Source of the DNA: Candidatus Poribacteria bacterium
GTDB taxonomy: Bacteria; Poribacteria; WGA-4E; WGA-3G
Assembly: GCA_003635255.1 (NCBI GenBank)
Contig: PYJC01000107.1
Coordinates: 11,367-75,366 of the forward strand
Reading direction: 5' to 3'
DNA: 64,000 nt
In this document: positions 9,366-18,315 of the stretch, one piece after another
Position numbering within the stretch: the stretch's first letter is position 1
Layout of the letters: every line of letters starts with the position of its first letter
Program-made: the position numbers and the translations under genes
The notes under the pieces: generated by a model
What the model saw: only the letters and a program-made list of their open reading frames with translations
What the model was told of the DNA's origin: nothing
The model's database searches: none

Positions 9366-9932
9366 CTATTCAAAAAGTTGCGCGACTGGACATGAAAATC
9401 CTTCGACGACATCCTCACCTGTCAATGTGTCCTCATAGTTCAGCACGGTGAAATCGGTCTCGGATCGGTAGACCATTACTGTTTTCGCGACGGGTTCAAC
9501 CACCCAAACAAGGCGTGTTCCTGATCTCAAATAGGCTAACGCTTTTTCGGTAACATCATAGTATTTGTCTGATGGCGAGACGACTTCAACCGCCAAATCC
9601 GGCGGGATAGGTGATGCCTGCTCTCTATTTTCGGGTAATCGGTCTGTTGAAACAAACGCAATATCTGGCTTTACTGCTCGGTCATCCAATTGAAATGTTG
9701 TTTCGGCAGTATACAAACGTCCTAACTGGTGCTCACGAACGTATGCATCCAAATAGTGAATGATATTAATACTAATCTCACCATGTATCATCGTCGCGGG
9801 TGGCATCGGGACTAATTCACCTTTTACATATTCATACCCCTCTAAGTCGTTTTCGAGAAATTCCTCCAGCGTCATCGTATCGGGCACCGGTATTTCTTGT
9901 ATAGCTTCAGGGGTTGTTTGCGTATTAAGCAT
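9366..9932 (-). CDS. Uma2-family (DUF820) PD-(D/E)XK endonuclease-fold protein
   Basis: YEYVKGELVPMPPATMIHGEI...KPDIAFV...PPDLAVEVVSPSD is the characteristic Uma2 core with the D...E-V-x-S active-site strand. Confidence 0.8.
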   Translation of the reverse strand: MLNTQTTPEAIQEIPVPDTMTLEEFLENDLEGYEYVKGELVPMPPATMIHGEISINIIHYLDAYVREHQLGRLYTAETTFQLDDRAVKPDIAFVSTDRLPENREQASPIPPDLAVEVVSPSDKYYDVTEKALAYLRSGTRLVWVVEPVAKTVMVYRSETDFTVLNYEDTLTGEDVVEGFSCPVAQLFE

Positions 9933-9965
9933 CAGTTGCCTCCTCCCAAATTTGGTATTAAGTGT

Positions 9966-11204
9966 TTACGTATGCCGAATTGCGTCAATAGGAGTCATCT
10001 TAGCGGCTTGGCTGGCGGGGTAGAATCCGAAGAAGATGCCTACCGCTGCCCCCGCACCAACGGAGATTAACACGGCTTCCGGGGTAATCACAGCGGGCCA
10101 CGACATTTCCTCAAGGAATTTGCTCACTATCCACGCGAAACCTTTCCCGACCACAGCCCCTAACGCAATACCGAGCAGGCTCCCAATCAGACACAGTAGC
10201 ACAGATTCTGTCAGGAACTGTAAACGGATATCGAGGCTTTTGGCACCGACTGCCTTTCGTAACCCGATCTCCGGTACCCGTTCCGTCACTGAGACGAGCA
10301 TGATATTGAGAATCCCGATACCCGCGACAATCAAGGAGACAGACGCGATAACAACCAAAACGGACTCTATGATAAAGATCATCCGCTTTCCGCTTTCAAT
10401 CCCCTTTTTCGCGTTCCACGTTCGGAAAAAAGTGTCGTCGCCCCCGTGATTGCGCATGATAACGGTTTTAACCTCTTTCAGTGCCTGCTCAACGACATCG
10501 ATGCTTTTGGCACGCGCCATGATAGCACCGACGCGATTCCGTCCGCCAAAACGGGTTTGTGCAGTCGTGATCGGGACGAAAATCATATTGTCATCACTTC
10601 TGCCGCGTTCCAATCCATCGCCGCGACTCTCCATGATCCCGATAATGGTAAAACGTCTGTTGTTGATACCGACCTCTTTACCAATCGGGTTCTGTCCCTT
10701 AAACTGCTCCTTCCAGACCTTCGCCCCGATAACACAGACTTTATTCCAGAAGTCCATATCGGTATCAGCGAGGAATCTACCGTATTCAGTTTTCCATCTA
10801 CGGACGGCTTGGTATTCGTTGGTTGTTGCGCGCATGTAGGTTTGCCGATGCCGTCCTCCAACTTCAAAATTGATGAAATGACTTCTTTCGACAGTAGCGA
10901 CCTCAACAGAAGAGCAGTCCGTCAGGATATCGTGCAGATCTCGCATCTCAAGGAAATGGGGACTGGTATTGCGCTGCCAACGGTTGTTTTTTCGGATATA
11001 TCCGGGTCGATAGACCCCGAACATACTGGGACCACCGATATTCTCGAATTCCGCCATCATGAGTTTTTCGGCACCCGCGCCGAAAGACATCATCGCTATC
11101 ACACCTGCAATACCGATAGTAATCCCTAAGAGAGTGAGGATTGTGCGGAGTTTACTTCCGCGAAGGATGGAAAACGCTGAGATAAGATTCTCCAGCAGGT
11201 GCAT
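9966..11204 (-). CDS. ABC transporter permease, MacB/FtsX type (copy 1)
   Basis: N-terminal TM, a large periplasmic MacB_PCD-like domain and a C-terminal FtsX bundle (ILNIMLVSVTERVPEIGLRKAVGAK...YPASQAAKMTPIDAIRHT). Confidence 0.85.
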   Translation of the reverse strand: MHLLENLISAFSILRGSKLRTILTLLGITIGIAGVIAMMSFGAGAEKLMMAEFENIGGPSMFGVYRPGYIRKNNRWQRNTSPHFLEMRDLHDILTDCSSVEVATVERSHFINFEVGGRHRQTYMRATTNEYQAVRRWKTEYGRFLADTDMDFWNKVCVIGAKVWKEQFKGQNPIGKEVGINNRRFTIIGIMESRGDGLERGRSDDNMIFVPITTAQTRFGGRNRVGAIMARAKSIDVVEQALKEVKTVIMRNHGGDDTFFRTWNAKKGIESGKRMIFIIESVLVVIASVSLIVAGIGILNIMLVSVTERVPEIGLRKAVGAKSLDIRLQFLTESVLLCLIGSLLGIALGAVVGKGFAWIVSKFLEEMSWPAVITPEAVLISVGAGAAVGIFFGFYPASQAAKMTPIDAIRHT

Positions 11205-11218
11205 ACTTTTTCATTTCC

Positions 11219-12469
11219 TTATGTATGACGGATGGCATCAATGGGGGTCAACTTAGCGGCTTGGCTGGCGGGGTAGTAGCCGAAGAAGATACCTACAGCT
11301 GCACCCGCACCGACGGAGATCAGCACAGCCTCTGGGGTAATCACTGAGGGCCACGCCATTCCATCTAAAAACCGTCCGACTATCCAAGCAAAGCCTTGCC
11401 CAACAACTGCCCCGAAAGCGATACCGAGTAGGCTGCCAATTAGACATAAGAGGACGGATTCTGTGAGGAACTGCATTCGGATGTTAAAACTCTTTGCCCC
11501 GACGGCTTTCCGGAGTCCAATCTCTGGTATCCGCTCTGTCACAGAAACAAGCATAATGTTCAGAATCCCGATACCCGCGACAATCAAAGAGACAGACGCA
11601 ATGACGACAAGCACCGTCTCCATGATAAGGATCATTCTTTTCGCATCTTCGATGCCCTGTTTTGCCGACCAAGTTCGGAAAAAGGTATCGTCGCCCCCGT
11701 GATTGCGCATAATAATGGTCTTTACTTCTTTGAGTGCCTGATCGACGTGAAACGGGCTTTTTGCACGCACCATGATATGTCCAACGTGATCGTGTCCCCA
11801 GAACCGTTTTTGTGCGGTCGTAATAGGGATGAAGAGCATATTGTCATCGCTCTTGCCGCGTTCTAACCCGTCTCCACGGCTCTCCATAATCCCGATAACC
11901 GTAAAGCGTTTATTGTTCCCGAAGTTGTTGATGGTGACTTCCTTACCGATCGGATCTTGTCCCTTAAACTGCTCTTTCCAGATCTTTGAACCGATGACAC
12001 AAACTTTTGTCCAAGCGTCCATATCGGTATCAGCGAGGAATCTACCATACTCCGTCTGCCATTCGCGAACGGCTTGGTATTCGTTGGTTGTTGCGCGGAG
12101 ATAGGTGCGTTGAAATTTTCCGTCAATACCAAGATTGATGTAGTAGCTGCCTTCGACAGTGGCAACTTCAACAGAGGGGCATTCTGCGAGGACATCGCGG
12201 AGGTCTTCCATCTCAAGGTGATGTGGGCTGGTATTACGTTGCCAGCGTCCATTTTTTCGGATATGTCCGGGTCGGTAGACCCCGAACATACTGGGACCCC
12301 CGATCTTCTCAAATTCCGCCATGATGAGTTTTTCGGCACCCGCGCCAAAGGACATCATCGCAATGATCCCTGCAATCCCGATAGTGATACCTAAGAGGGT
12401 GAGAAGCGTGCGCAATTTGCTGGCGCGGAGGACGGAAAATGCTGATATAATATTTTCTAATAGCCTCAT
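11219..12469 (-). CDS. ABC transporter permease, MacB/FtsX type (copy 2, tandem paralog)
   Basis: Collinear with the previous gene and identical at most positions by eye (MRLLENIISAFSVLRASKLRTLLTLLGITIGIAG... vs MHLLENLISAFSILRGSKLRTILTLLGITIGIAG...). It carries a 4-residue insertion (FGNN). Confidence 0.85.
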   Translation of the reverse strand: MRLLENIISAFSVLRASKLRTLLTLLGITIGIAGIIAMMSFGAGAEKLIMAEFEKIGGPSMFGVYRPGHIRKNGRWQRNTSPHHLEMEDLRDVLAECPSVEVATVEGSYYINLGIDGKFQRTYLRATTNEYQAVREWQTEYGRFLADTDMDAWTKVCVIGSKIWKEQFKGQDPIGKEVTINNFGNNKRFTVIGIMESRGDGLERGKSDDNMLFIPITTAQKRFWGHDHVGHIMVRAKSPFHVDQALKEVKTIIMRNHGGDDTFFRTWSAKQGIEDAKRMILIMETVLVVIASVSLIVAGIGILNIMLVSVTERIPEIGLRKAVGAKSFNIRMQFLTESVLLCLIGSLLGIAFGAVVGQGFAWIVGRFLDGMAWPSVITPEAVLISVGAGAAVGIFFGYYPASQAAKLTPIDAIRHT

Positions 12470-12637
12470 ATCTATTCCCTTTAGGGTAGTCGAGAGGAGG
12501 TCAAAGTTTAATGCCGAGCACTCGGATTACAGTTTGTCGGGCGAGTAGGATAGAAAACTTTTGATTGCATGAATTCCCAAGGTGTGCTAAACTTTTAATA
12601 TAAAAATCGAAAAGTTACGAACCTGTACATATCTTCA

Positions 12638-14515
12638 GTGTTAAAAGTATATCACAAAGTATTTAACAGTTGCAAATTTTTTGGACAGGAGCGGGTAATT
12701 GTGCAGACGGATGCTTTTAGCGCGGGAAGTGTACTATCGTGGCAAAGGACACAAAACGCAGCAGCACATCAGGCGGAATTACGACGGAACAAACCCGCGT
12801 GGGTTGCGTTGCCGCCCGCTTTACTGCAAACGCGCTATCAGTTGAACGCTGTAGACCTATCCTTCGGCGATGCGGAAACAGCGACAACGATCCAATCCTC
12901 ATTTCGGGACTTCCAACTATCAGGTGGGATAGCATTTAATCAATACTACTTAATCGCGGAACCACACGCGGATGAGCCGTGTTACAACATCAGCGACTAT
13001 GTTCAACGATGTGTGGCAGGGGACCTCACAATTGCTGAACGGCTTCGCGGACGCACAGTGATTAACCTCTATCAAACAGAAGGAACAGCAGACGACCTGC
13101 TAAGTGGCCACGGGGTATCCCAGTTTATAGAGCGAATGCTGAGAGGCTACTTAAAAACTTACGGCAAGCAATACCTCGCCGGTTTTACCTGTGAACCACC
13201 GAAGTTTTTGTCTTTGGGGAGCGTCTTAGGGGCTGAAACATCATCAGTACCGTGGAGTCCTGTCCTACTGGAGACAGCGGAAGCAACACTCGGAACATAC
13301 CTGCCGTTGGTGTTCTATGAAACTTACAACTCAGCGGCAGTCAGGAACACTTTTTGGAAGGCGTTGACGACACGATTTGCGACCTGCTTCCTTGGCGGTT
13401 TGCGCGATTTCTGTCATCAAGAGGGACTTCGATTCGCTTTAAGCCTCTCGGCGAGTGCAAAGACCTTGGAATTTGAGTTAGGATCCATGCTCGCAGAAGC
13501 GGACTGCCCTATTCTAAATGCCACCGAAATAGATACGCCGAAGCGATTCGTTGTCGCTAAATGGACATGCAGCAACACACAACATGCCGGTATTGCCCGA
13601 AAAAAAAGCAATAAGACGGATGCACGCGCACCAATATCGCGACTCCTTGAAGATGCAAGTTTAGGTTTTAACCTATGGATGAACAGAAACAGTGCCGCTG
13701 ATAGTGTCCCACACGGGTTAGCAATCGGCTATCCGAAGCGACAGATCCTGATGATAGCACCGACGCAGAGCCTCTGGACAAAACCCGATGAGAAATCGTG
13801 GAGCGGTGTCACAAAAGCGTGGGGGTGGTTGTGCCAAAATGTATGGGAACTGGGTTACGACTTTAAAATTGTTTCAGAACAGGAATTCGCTTCAACCGAG
13901 ATTATAGAGGCACCCCGCAGCGGAAAACACGTTCGTAGAAATCTGAGTCTCTGTTTAAAGAACAGCCGTTCCGGGGCTAAGGAGGTCTACAGGGTTGTTC
14001 TACTTCCGAGCTGTATATCCCTTCAAGAAGAGACAGTGAAGTGCTTGCGAGCATTCACAAAAGCAAAGGGACGATTGATAGCAGACGAACCGACACCGTA
14101 TTTGCTGAACGGTCGGATTGGACTTGAACCGTACCCACTTGAGCAACTCATCTACGGACACCGCACAACAATTCTTCGAGGTCCACCTGACGAAAAGTTA
14201 GTAAAACTCGAAAAACGGCTCCGAAAATGGGTGCCCCGCATTGTCTCAGTGTATGTAAAACCGGACAACGATCTGACAGATAACGTTCAAGTGCTCCGCA
14301 GGGAAACAGGAGAATCTGAATTTTTTTACCTGTTCAACACAAGCAGTGAAGCGATTGATACCTTGATTGAACTGCATCAGGAAGTAAAACGCATCGTAGA
14401 ATGGCATCTGTTTAAGGAGATGAAAGAGCACATAGATTTTTGGTCCGCTGATGGAAAGTCATATCTGAACTGTACATTTGCCCCGAGACAGGCAAGACTT
14501 TTTGTCGTTTCTTAA
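12638..14515 (+). CDS. Hypothetical protein (about 600 aa, no recognised motif)
   Basis: Long uninterrupted ORF with coding-like composition. The start is uncertain: GTG 12638, or GTG 12701 preceded by AGGAGC. I recognise no family. Confidence 0.55.
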   Translation: MLKVYHKVFNSCKFFGQERVIVQTDAFSAGSVLSWQRTQNAAAHQAELRRNKPAWVALPPALLQTRYQLNAVDLSFGDAETATTIQSSFRDFQLSGGIAFNQYYLIAEPHADEPCYNISDYVQRCVAGDLTIAERLRGRTVINLYQTEGTADDLLSGHGVSQFIERMLRGYLKTYGKQYLAGFTCEPPKFLSLGSVLGAETSSVPWSPVLLETAEATLGTYLPLVFYETYNSAAVRNTFWKALTTRFATCFLGGLRDFCHQEGLRFALSLSASAKTLEFELGSMLAEADCPILNATEIDTPKRFVVAKWTCSNTQHAGIARKKSNKTDARAPISRLLEDASLGFNLWMNRNSAADSVPHGLAIGYPKRQILMIAPTQSLWTKPDEKSWSGVTKAWGWLCQNVWELGYDFKIVSEQEFASTEIIEAPRSGKHVRRNLSLCLKNSRSGAKEVYRVVLLPSCISLQEETVKCLRAFTKAKGRLIADEPTPYLLNGRIGLEPYPLEQLIYGHRTTILRGPPDEKLVKLEKRLRKWVPRIVSVYVKPDNDLTDNVQVLRRETGESEFFYLFNTSSEAIDTLIELHQEVKRIVEWHLFKEMKEHIDFWSADGKSYLNCTFAPRQARLFVVS

Positions 14516-14566
14516 GGTAAGGAACACTCGGCTAAAACCATAGACATTAGAAAAGACAGGTTCTTT

Positions 14567-16543
14567 ATGACAGCGGAAAAAAAGAATTCACGTCAGCAGC
14601 ATGCCGAAAAAATCCCCCAAAAGATCCGAGGTACCATGGCAATTTTGGAGGTTCGGACTTTTCGGAAGTATATTGGCGAAAACAAATACGAAACTAACAT
14701 TAGTACTTGTAGTGGCTTCTTTATAGAACGTGATCAAATTGCGACCAGTTTCCACGTTTTAGAAGGGGCTATGAGCATTGCTGCAAAGCATGTTGACACA
14801 GAAGCCGCGTACACAATTGAAGGCATTACAGCGTTTGATGAAAAGAACGATCTCGCTGTTCTAAAAGTTTCGGAAGAAGGAATTCCTTTCGACCTTGGCA
14901 ACAGCGAGACTGTTACAAAAAAGGCGCGCATTTGTGCCATCGGCTATGATGGAGACAAGGAAAACAGTGCAGCGGCTACTGTCCGGTGTATAGAGAAAAA
15001 GGATAAGTGGCTTCGGTTACACATACCTACTGCAGGGCCGGGGTGGAGTGGGTGCCCAGTCCTAAACAACAAAGGGGAAGTCATAGCCGTGCTTTCGCGG
15101 GGTAGTGTCAAACCCAGTAAGAGTAGAGGGTACGCTGTACCTTCAAACGCGCTTGAAGCGTTGCTCACAGCGGCGGAACTGACAGAAGTGCAGCCTTTAA
15201 CCGAGTGGCAAAACCGCCCACGAATACGCGCCTATCTCGAATATAAAAGAGGCGTGGCGTATCAAGCAGCCGAAGACTTTGAAGGTGCCCTCGCTGCCTA
15301 TAATGAGGCGATCAATCTTAACCCAGATATACCTGATGCCTACAAAGCCCGTGGCGAGACGCAATTTAAATTGATAAACTATAAGCAGATTGACTCGCTT
15401 GACCTTATAACATCCCTTATGGACCGGGTTAAGGCTTACCGACTCATGTCAACGAATTATTTTGCGCCAGATCTTCGTTTTTTTAGGAGTCAAATGTTAG
15501 CACGGTTATGTCTGATCCCTTTGCGATGGTTAGACAACCCGAAGGAAATTTACGCCCGCGCGGATGCAAAGATGCGAAGTGGCGAATCCAAAGTAGCACA
15601 CGGGGATATGGTAGAAGCCTGGAAGCACTATCACGCCGCGATCGCCGATCTTACGCACCTCATCGAGTGGGAACCAAAGTTTGACTTGGCTTATAATGTC
15701 CGCGGCTGGACGAAATATCTCCTCGGGCAGATTGCAACTAAACCAGAACACAGCGGAGAAGCCGCATGGTACTATCAAAGCGCGGTCGTTGACAGTGATG
15801 TCGCCATCGAGTTAGCCACATCAGATGCGGATAGCAGTGCTGCTTATCATACTCGTGGGGCTGCACGGGCTGTCCTTGGTGACTATGACAAGGCAATCGC
15901 AGATTTCGACGCTGCCATCCGACTCAATCCGGAGACGGCAATAAACTACCTGGATCGCGGGCTTGCAAAGGAAGTACTCGGCGAAAAGAGTGCCGCAAAA
16001 GCCGATTTTGAGAAGGCAACGCAGATAAATGGAGATTTGGCGGAGGATTACTACAAAGACGGACGCGGAAAAAATGGCGGGGGCGCGTACGAAGCCGCGA
16101 TAGTCAGTTTTGATAAGGCTATCCGGTTAAACCCAAAATACGCGCCCGTCTACAGCAATCGGGCAATTTCGCAGAATGATTTGGGGCGACGTGAGTTGCG
16201 TCGGAAGAATCCAGAAAAAGCAAAACATCACTTGCGCGGGGCAATTGTCGATTGTACGGAAGCTATCCGCCTGAGTCCAAAGTATACTGCTGCTTACAAC
16301 AATCGCGGGCTCGCGAAGTACCGCTTAGGGCAGTCGGAGGCTGACTGTGGAAATTCACAAGCAGCTGAGAAACACTATCAAGCGGCGATTGCAGATCTGG
16401 ATAAAGCGATTCAGTTAAATCCGAAGCATGTCAAGGCACATCGGAATCGCGGGTATGTGAAGGAGAAATTAGGTCAACAAGAAGCAGCGGCGGCTGACTT
16501 TGAGAAGGCAAAGGCACTCGACTCAGCCGCACAGACTGCGTAA
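14567..16543 (+). CDS. Trypsin-like serine protease domain fused to a long TPR-repeat region
   Basis: His (ATSFHVLEG), Asp (NDLAVLKV) and Ser (GWSGCPVLN) triad contexts in the first ~200 aa. Multiple TPR units follow (e.g. AYNNRGLAKYRLGQ...AIADLDKAIQLNPKHVKAHRNRGYVKEKLGQ). Confidence 0.8.
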   Translation: MTAEKKNSRQQHAEKIPQKIRGTMAILEVRTFRKYIGENKYETNISTCSGFFIERDQIATSFHVLEGAMSIAAKHVDTEAAYTIEGITAFDEKNDLAVLKVSEEGIPFDLGNSETVTKKARICAIGYDGDKENSAAATVRCIEKKDKWLRLHIPTAGPGWSGCPVLNNKGEVIAVLSRGSVKPSKSRGYAVPSNALEALLTAAELTEVQPLTEWQNRPRIRAYLEYKRGVAYQAAEDFEGALAAYNEAINLNPDIPDAYKARGETQFKLINYKQIDSLDLITSLMDRVKAYRLMSTNYFAPDLRFFRSQMLARLCLIPLRWLDNPKEIYARADAKMRSGESKVAHGDMVEAWKHYHAAIADLTHLIEWEPKFDLAYNVRGWTKYLLGQIATKPEHSGEAAWYYQSAVVDSDVAIELATSDADSSAAYHTRGAARAVLGDYDKAIADFDAAIRLNPETAINYLDRGLAKEVLGEKSAAKADFEKATQINGDLAEDYYKDGRGKNGGGAYEAAIVSFDKAIRLNPKYAPVYSNRAISQNDLGRRELRRKNPEKAKHHLRGAIVDCTEAIRLSPKYTAAYNNRGLAKYRLGQSEADCGNSQAAEKHYQAAIADLDKAIQLNPKHVKAHRNRGYVKEKLGQQEAAAADFEKAKALDSAAQTA

Positions 16544-16571
16544 GTACAAGACTACAGAAAAGGAGTTAACT

Positions 16572-18131
16572 ATGACGGGTGGCGATATTTTTGTTGAGTG
16601 TTTGAAGGCACAAGGTGTTAAAGATATTTTTGGTTTACCCGGGAATCATTTAGATACCGTTTACGAAGCACTTTATAACAACCAAGACAATATCCGGCAT
16701 TATGTCACACGACATGAAGGCGGCACGGCATTTATGGCAGATGGCTATGCGCGCGCTACAGGTGATGTTGGTGTCTGTATGACGGTGCCGGGTCCCGGCT
16801 CAAATAATGCCTCTGTCGGTATCGGTGAGGCGAATACAGCGTCGTCCGCTGTACTTTGGGTTACCGGACAAAATCCGTCTTACTTGGCACAACGGGACCC
16901 GAAGAAGAGTTTTCACGGGTTGGATCAGCGAGCGGCGTTCACACCGATGACGAAGCATCTGGAGATTGTGCATCGCGTCGATCAGATTCCGGGTGCAGTC
17001 AATCGGAGTTTCAGTGCACTGCGTTCAGGACGCCCTGGTCCTGTGCTGATTGAATTGGCGAAAGATGCGCTGGATGCAGAAGCCGACTTGCCAATCCCGC
17101 CATACAATAACGGTATTCAGACGACAGCAAGTCCAGAAGATGTAGACGCTGCGCTGGCACTGTTGCACACTTCGGAACGTCCACTGATTATCGCAGGTGG
17201 TGGTATCAATCATACGCGTGCAACTGCGGAGATCCTTGCGTTCGCGGAACTGCTGGACGCGCCGGTCGTGATGACGGGTTTTGGAAAAGGTTCGGTGCCA
17301 GAAGACTCACCGTATTCTATCGGTATCTTTCGAGATGGCGTTGCCCAAGCAGCGATGGAGGCCTCTGACCTAATTGTTGCCGTTGGCACCCGATTCAACT
17401 ATCGCGATACTGGTAACTGGAGCCTCAAGATTCCACAACCGTTGTTGCATATTGAAGCCGACCCCGATGAGATTCACAAGGAATATCCTGCGACTGTTGG
17501 CATCGGTGCGAATCCGAAATTGGTCTTACGCCAATTGAATGCCGCGCTGCGTGACGAGAAACGAACAAACGGTTGGGGTGAAGGCTTAAGCGAATTACGC
17601 CGACGCTTTACCGCAATCGAACATCCTCAAATTCTCAAGGAGATGCGCGATGTGATGCCTCGCGATGCGATCTTGTCTGTTGACGTTAACATTACGGGTT
17701 ACGGCGCGCTGGCACATTTTCCGTGCTATCATCCGGGAAGTTACATTTTCTCCGGCGTATCCGTGGCAATGGGGATCGGGTTAACAGGTGCTATCGGTGC
17801 ACAGGTCGCTTACCCAGACCGGAAAGTCGTCGCGCTGAGCGGCGATGGCGGGTTTTTAATGACATGCCCGGATTTCGCAACTGCGGTGATGTATAACCTA
17901 CCTGTTGTGACGCTTGTGATGAACGATAATCAGTACACCTCAATCGAGCGGGGGCAGCTGCGACGGTTCGGTAAACGCATCGGTGTCGAATTGGTGAACC
18001 CAGACTTTGTGCAGTTCGCTGAATCCTTCGGTGCAGTTGGACTCAGAGTTGAAGATCCAAACGATTTTAAGCCGATGTTTGAAAAGGCACTCGCTATGGA
18101 TAAGACGGTTCTTCTTGAAGTTGTTAAGTAG
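16572..18131 (+). CDS. Thiamine-diphosphate-dependent enzyme (acetolactate-synthase-like fold)
   Basis: N-terminal Pyr domain (GVKDIFGLPGNH...RHEGGTAFMADGYAR) and C-terminal ThDP-binding motif (LSGDGGFLMTCPDFATAVMYNLPVVTLVMNDN). The start is set at ATG 16572 behind AAGGAG; the track start at 16500 overlaps the previous gene. Confidence 0.85.
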   Translation: MTGGDIFVECLKAQGVKDIFGLPGNHLDTVYEALYNNQDNIRHYVTRHEGGTAFMADGYARATGDVGVCMTVPGPGSNNASVGIGEANTASSAVLWVTGQNPSYLAQRDPKKSFHGLDQRAAFTPMTKHLEIVHRVDQIPGAVNRSFSALRSGRPGPVLIELAKDALDAEADLPIPPYNNGIQTTASPEDVDAALALLHTSERPLIIAGGGINHTRATAEILAFAELLDAPVVMTGFGKGSVPEDSPYSIGIFRDGVAQAAMEASDLIVAVGTRFNYRDTGNWSLKIPQPLLHIEADPDEIHKEYPATVGIGANPKLVLRQLNAALRDEKRTNGWGEGLSELRRRFTAIEHPQILKEMRDVMPRDAILSVDVNITGYGALAHFPCYHPGSYIFSGVSVAMGIGLTGAIGAQVAYPDRKVVALSGDGGFLMTCPDFATAVMYNLPVVTLVMNDNQYTSIERGQLRRFGKRIGVELVNPDFVQFAESFGAVGLRVEDPNDFKPMFEKALAMDKTVLLEVVK

Positions 18132-18228
18132 AGGGGCGGGATTCGGAGATCCCTCCTACAAGAGAACTAATATTCCAGTACATCATCAGGACTTACGCAT
18201 TTTTCCATGATAACGACGTATGGCGCAC

Positions 18229-18257
18229 TGCAGGCGGGGTTTAAAACCCCGCCTGCA
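18229..18257 (+). terminator. Strong GC hairpin (11-bp stem TGCAGGCGGGG / CCCCGCCTGCA, loop TTTAAAA) between the ThDP enzyme gene and pfp
   Basis: Perfect inverted repeat read directly from the sequence. There is no U-tract, so terminator function is inferred from position only. It is nested inside a 12-bp outer inverted repeat (18188-18199 / 18266-18277). Confidence 0.35.
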
Positions 18258-18315
18258 AAGGGGTCTGCGTAAGTCCTAATCATAATAGATATTTATACAA
18301 TTGAAGGAGTTTAGT

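Noticed and set aside
16500-16571. N-terminal extensions suggested by the ORF track (16500 for the ThDP enzyme, 1999 for the molybdoenzyme, 38864, 31748, 30068, 53359, 61518)
   Set aside because: In each case an internal ATG with a Shine-Dalgarno-like sequence gives the family-typical N-terminus (a Tat signal, a lipoprotein signal, or Rossmann/Walker motifs near the start). The extensions overlap upstream genes or start at TTG/GTG.
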